DNA of 64,000 bases, from positions 3,614 to 67,613 of the forward strand of contig JAKJDW010000004.1 in the NCBI GenBank assembly GCA_022705745.1, written 5' to 3'. The stretch's first letter is position 1, and each line of letters opens with the position of its first letter. Position numbers and translations under genes: made by a program. The stretch is from Patescibacteria group bacterium. GTDB lineage: Bacteria; Patescibacteriota; Gracilibacteria; Absconditabacterales; Absconditicoccaceae. The notes under the pieces were generated by a model. It was not told the origin of the DNA. It worked only from the letters and a program-made list of their open reading frames with translations, and searched no databases. Of this stretch, positions 60,166 through 64,000 are shown in pieces.

Positions 60166-60545
60166 ATCCCCTTTTTAAGGGGTTACTCTATCGTAGTTGG
60201 GGGTTGTAGTTGGGGATTGTCAGGAATTACTGGGAAGAAAAACCCCCACCTACCCCGCAGTATTGCGGGGGAGAACAACCTCCCCCAAGGGAGGAACTTT
60301 TGTCACAACATTATTGCCTCCCTTTGAAAAAGGGAGTTGGTCTTCCCGATTTATCGGGATAGAGGGATTTATTTACATCCCCCTTGACTACGGAGTTCTC
60401 CGTAACGAGCAAGGGAGATGCTTATTAGCTTTTAATAAATCCCCCTTAATCCCCCTTATTAAGGGGGATGTTTGTTAGCTTTTAATAAACCCCTTAACTA
60501 CGAAATTCTTCGTAGCGAATAAGGGAGAGGTAGGAGACTTTCCTC
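60166..60545. repeat. Composite cluster R15
   Basis: tccccttttTaaggggttactctatcGTAGttggggg[ttgtagttggggattgtcaggaattactgggaagaaaa]acccccacctac, cccgcagtattgcggg, cctcccccaagggagg, ttgcctccctttgaaaaagggagttggtct, tcccgatttatcgggaTAGagggattta, tcccccttattaaggggga, ctacggagttctccgtaac, ctacgaaattcttcgtag. Confidence 0.95.
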
Positions 60546-60656
60546 ATTGTGGACTGTGTCAGTTTTTTTGTCTATATTTGTCTACTTGCTATTGAAAAAC
60601 AAAAAGAATATTTTATTATTCGTTTTGAAGTTTTATTTTTTTTATATAAAGAAATT

Positions 60657-63302
60657 ATGGGATTATTTTGAACTAAAACCAAAAAATTTGTTTATTCTTT
60701 CAATGAATCTAAAGGAGTAGACAAATACATTATTGGAGGAAAGTGAGCTAATTTAGCAGAAATGATGTCTTTGGGGCTACCTATTCCTGATGGGTTTACT
60801 GTAAGTACAGAGGCTTGTGAGTTTTATTATAAGAATAATAAAACCAATAGTCAGGAAGTATTGGAGCAGATAGAAGCTAAATTACAAAAACTTGAAAAAA
60901 CTATGGGTAAAAAATTATGAGATTCACAAGACCCATTGTTGGTTTCTGTTAGATCTGGGGCAGCTGTTTCTATGCCTGGTATGATGGACACAGTATTAAA
61001 TCTATGACTAAATGATGAATCTGTGATTTGATTAGCCAACAGGACTTGAAATGAAAGATTCGCTTGGGATAGTTATAGAAGATTTATTCAGATGTTTGGA
61101 GATGTTGTAATGTGAGTAGAACATCATCATTTTGAAGAACAACTACACAAGGTTAAGACAGAAAAATGAATAAAAGATGACACAGATTTAACCGTTGAAG
61201 ATTTACAAAAGGTAGTTTCTTTGTACAAAGATATGATACAAAGAGATACTTGAAAAATGTTTCCAAATGATGGTAGAGAACAGTTAAAAATGGCCATAAA
61301 TGCTGTATTTGATTCTTGGAACAATGATAGAGCTATTGTTTATAGGAAATTAAACAATATTAAATGACTTATATGAACTGCTGTGAATGTTCAATCAATG
61401 GTTTTTGGGAATATGGGTGAAACTTCATGAACAGGAGTATGTTTTACAAGAAATCCTTCTACTGGAGAAAATAAATTTTATGGAGAATTTTTGATGAATG
61501 CTCAGGGAGAAGATGTGGTAGCATGAATTAGAACTCCTGAACATATTGAGGAACTAGAAAAAGTTATGCCAGAATGTTATAAAGAGCTTGTAGATATTTA
61601 TCATTTGCTTGAAAAACACTACAAAGATATGCAAGATTTGGAATTTACTATCCAAGAATGAAAACTTTATATTCTTCAAACAAGAAGTGGAAAGAGGACA
61701 GCTGTTGCTGCAGTAAAAATGGCTGTAGATATGGTTGATGAATGATTGATAGATGAAAAAACAGCTATTCTTAGAATCAATCCAGAACAGCTTGATGCTT
61801 TACTTCACAAACAAATAGAAGCTTCTGCAAAGCATTCAGCAGAGCTATTGACAAAAGGTCTTCCTGCTTCTCCTGGAGCTGGTGTATGACAAATTGTGTT
61901 TACAGCAGAAGATGCTCATGAATGGGCTCAAGAAGGTAAAAAATTAATTTTAGTTAGAAATGAGACATCTCCAGAAGATATTCAATGAATGCATGCTTCT
62001 CAATGAGTTTTGACTGCTAGATGAGGTATGACTTCACATGCTGCAGTAGTAGCTAGATGAATGTGAAAATGTTGTGTTGCTGGAGCTAGTGAGATTGTAA
62101 TAGATGAAAAATCTAAAACACTTACAATAGGTTCAAAAACATTTAGAGAATGAGATGTTTTGACATTAGATGGTTCAACTGGAGAAGTTTTTGCATGAGA
62201 ACTAAAAACAGTAGATCCAGAACTAAGTTGAGATTTTGCTACATTAATGCAATGGGCAGATAAATATAGAAGATTGGGAATCAGAACAAATGCTGATACT
62301 CCAGCAGATGCTTTGATGGCTAAAAAATTTGGAGCAGAAGGTATATGACTTTGTAGAACAGAACATATGTTCTTTGCTGATGATAGAATTAAAGCTGTTA
62401 GAGAGATGATTTTATCTGACAATTTGGATGATAGAAAAAAGGCTCTTGCTAAACTTCTTCCATATCAAAAAGAAGACTTTGTTGGGTTATTCAATGCTAT
62501 GGAATGACTTCCTGTTACAATTAGATTTTTGGATCCTCCATTACATGAGTTCTTACCAACAGAAGAACATGACATTGTAGAATTAGCTAAAGAAATGAAT
62601 GTAGAACTTTCTGTACTAAAAGATAGAATAGCTTCACTTCATGAAATTAATCCTATGTTGTGACATAGATGATGTAGATTGGTTATTACTTTCCCTGAGA
62701 TAGCAGAAATGCAGACTGAGGCTGTGATTTCAGCGGCTTGTGAACTAGCTAAAGCAGGAAAGCAAGTAATGCCTGAGATTATGATTCCATTAGTATGATT
62801 CAAACAAGAGTTAGATTTCAATTTAGAAATTGTACACAGAGTTGCAAAAAGTACTATGGAAAAATATGGAGTTGAAGTAAATTATACAGTTGGAACAATG
62901 ATAGAAGTTCCTAGATGAGCTTTGACTGCTGATAAGGTTGCTGAATCTGCTGAATTCTTTTCTTTTGGAACAAATGATCTTACTCAGATGGGATTAGGTT
63001 TCTCTAGAGATGATGCTGGTAAATTCATCAAAGAATATGTAAATCAAAGTATTTTTGATAAAGATCCTTTCCAAACCTTAGATCAGGAATGAGTAGGACA
63101 ATTAGTAGAAATAGCAGTAGAAAAATGAAAATCTACTAGACCAAATATCAAGTTAGGAATTTGTGGTGAACATGGATGAGATCCTGCTTCTATTGAATTC
63201 TGTCATAGAGTTGGACTTACTTATGTTTCTTGTTCTCCGTATAGAGTTCCTATTGCGAGATTAGCTGCAGCTCATGTTGCTTGTAATATATCCAAAAATT
63301 AG
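60657..63302 (+). CDS. ppdK: Pyruvate, phosphate dikinase
   Basis: 881 aa: [54 protein letters not shown]...[27 protein letters not shown]...[20 protein letters not shown]...[24 protein letters not shown] (phospho-His loop) ...[12 protein letters not shown]...[11 protein letters not shown]...[11 protein letters not shown]. Confidence 0.95.
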
Positions 63303-63716
63303 GAAATATATGGGAACATACCAATATACAATTCTCATTTTTTGGATTTGGTGGCTCTAAATTCACATAAGCTTGTTGATATGGGTTTGAAATATCAAAC
63401 AATTTTTTAGTGGTCGTTTTGTTTGTATACTATACAACAAGATAAACTAAAAACTAAATTTTACTGAGAAATAAAATTTTATCACTACTTATTTTTTATC
63501 ACAAGAAAACAAAATTTTTAGATCTTTCGCTTAGTTTAGTATATAAATTATGCCGAAGAAATGAGAAACCCTTGTTTTAAATACGATTTTACTATGCTTT
63601 TGAGGCATTTGGGTTCAGAAAAATTTCTCTTGACCTTGAGGAAAAAAAGAATAATAATTGAATGTCTTTTTATCTCTATTTAGAGATAGGGTATTTTTTA
63701 TCTTTTTCTTATAACC

Positions 63717-64000
63717 ATGAAAACAAAACTCTTTCTTTTATTTTCGGTGCTTATTTGATGATTATTTTTTGCATTATCATCGGTATGGGCAGTAAACCCT
63801 ACCGTAACGAATGTAAGTGCAACGCCAACAACTTGATACTATAAGTCATGAGGTACTGTAGATATCACAGTAACTTTTAGTGAGGCTGTGTTTGTGACAG
63901 GTACTCCTGTTATAACCTTGAATACAACACCAATAAGAACATGAATTTATGTATCATGAAGTGGAGAAACTACATTGTTATTTCAATATACAGTAATTGA
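63717..64000 (+). CDS. Secreted repeat-domain surface protein, N-terminal fragment (runs off the right edge)
   Basis: MKTKLFLLFSVLIGGLFFALSSVWAVNPTVTNVSATPTTGYYKSGGTVDITVTFSEAVFVTGTPVITLNTTPIRTGIYVSGSGETTLLFQYTVI.... Signal peptide followed by an Ig-like repeat motif (tVtF.e.V.VtGtP.l.L). Confidence 0.65.

Noticed and set aside
1-64000. Interpretation of the fragmented ORF track as a heavily pseudogenised or frameshifted genome, or as code 4 (TGA = Trp)
   Set aside because: The breaks are always TGA and always in frame. They coincide with conserved Gly residues (P-loops, the MurG GGGTGGH loop, the S13 RGQ motif, the PPDK GGMTSH loop). Trp is implausible at those positions. A tRNA with Gly identity elements and anticodon UCA is present.

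Overview
AT-rich (about 30% GC by eye) bacterial chromosome segment that is only readable under genetic code 25 (UGA = Gly; SR1/Absconditabacteria and Gracilibacteria, i.e. CPR/Patescibacteria). The supplied six-frame track uses the standard code, so it splits nearly every real gene at in-frame TGA. Reading TGA as Gly restores about 65 full-length genes, all ending in TAA or TAG, and a tRNA-Gly with anticodon UCA lies at 6010-6083. All coordinates and translations are hand-derived and may be off by a few nt. All family names come from motif recognition by eye, not from searches.

Gene content:
- Ribosomal and translation operons: rpsD-rpsK-rpsM-rpmJ-infA-rplU and infC-rpmI-rplT.
- A tRNA cluster: Leu, Glu, Arg, Ala, Tyr and Gly(UCA).
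- Housekeeping genes: guaB-like, cdd, lemA, htpX, murG, secF, rnc, hflX, dnaJ, mscL, ppdK and an LCP-family gene.
- A DNA-uptake pair: comEC plus a 1443-aa secreted SNase/LTD nuclease.
- A 952-aa S-layer-like protein and a four-gene surface-protein cluster.
- A small toxin/nuclease islet: hicAB, two NYN-domain paralogs and a GxxExxY protein.
- A very AT-rich island of mostly unknown genes (42.1-52.7 kb) carrying PilT, two CPR-type pilin-like proteins and a GH19-like muramidase.

The main unexplained signal is a family of short GC-rich palindromic modules, with stems such as CCCCGC/GCGGGG, TCCCGAT/ATCGGGA, CTCCCTTT/AAAGGGAG and GGGGGT/ACCCCC, often joined by a CTCTAATGTAG-type linker.
- They build at least 13 composite clusters in the window.
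- They nest inside each other's loops.
- They sit in frame inside comEC.
- They flank hicAB as 181-bp direct repeats.
- They replace stem-loops in decayed tRNA gene copies.

Other observations: a duplicated NYN-gene plus convergent small-RNA module with stem covariation, an inverted-repeat-bounded surface-protein gene (possible invertible switch), and a ValRS homolog with eroded HIGH and KMSKS motifs.
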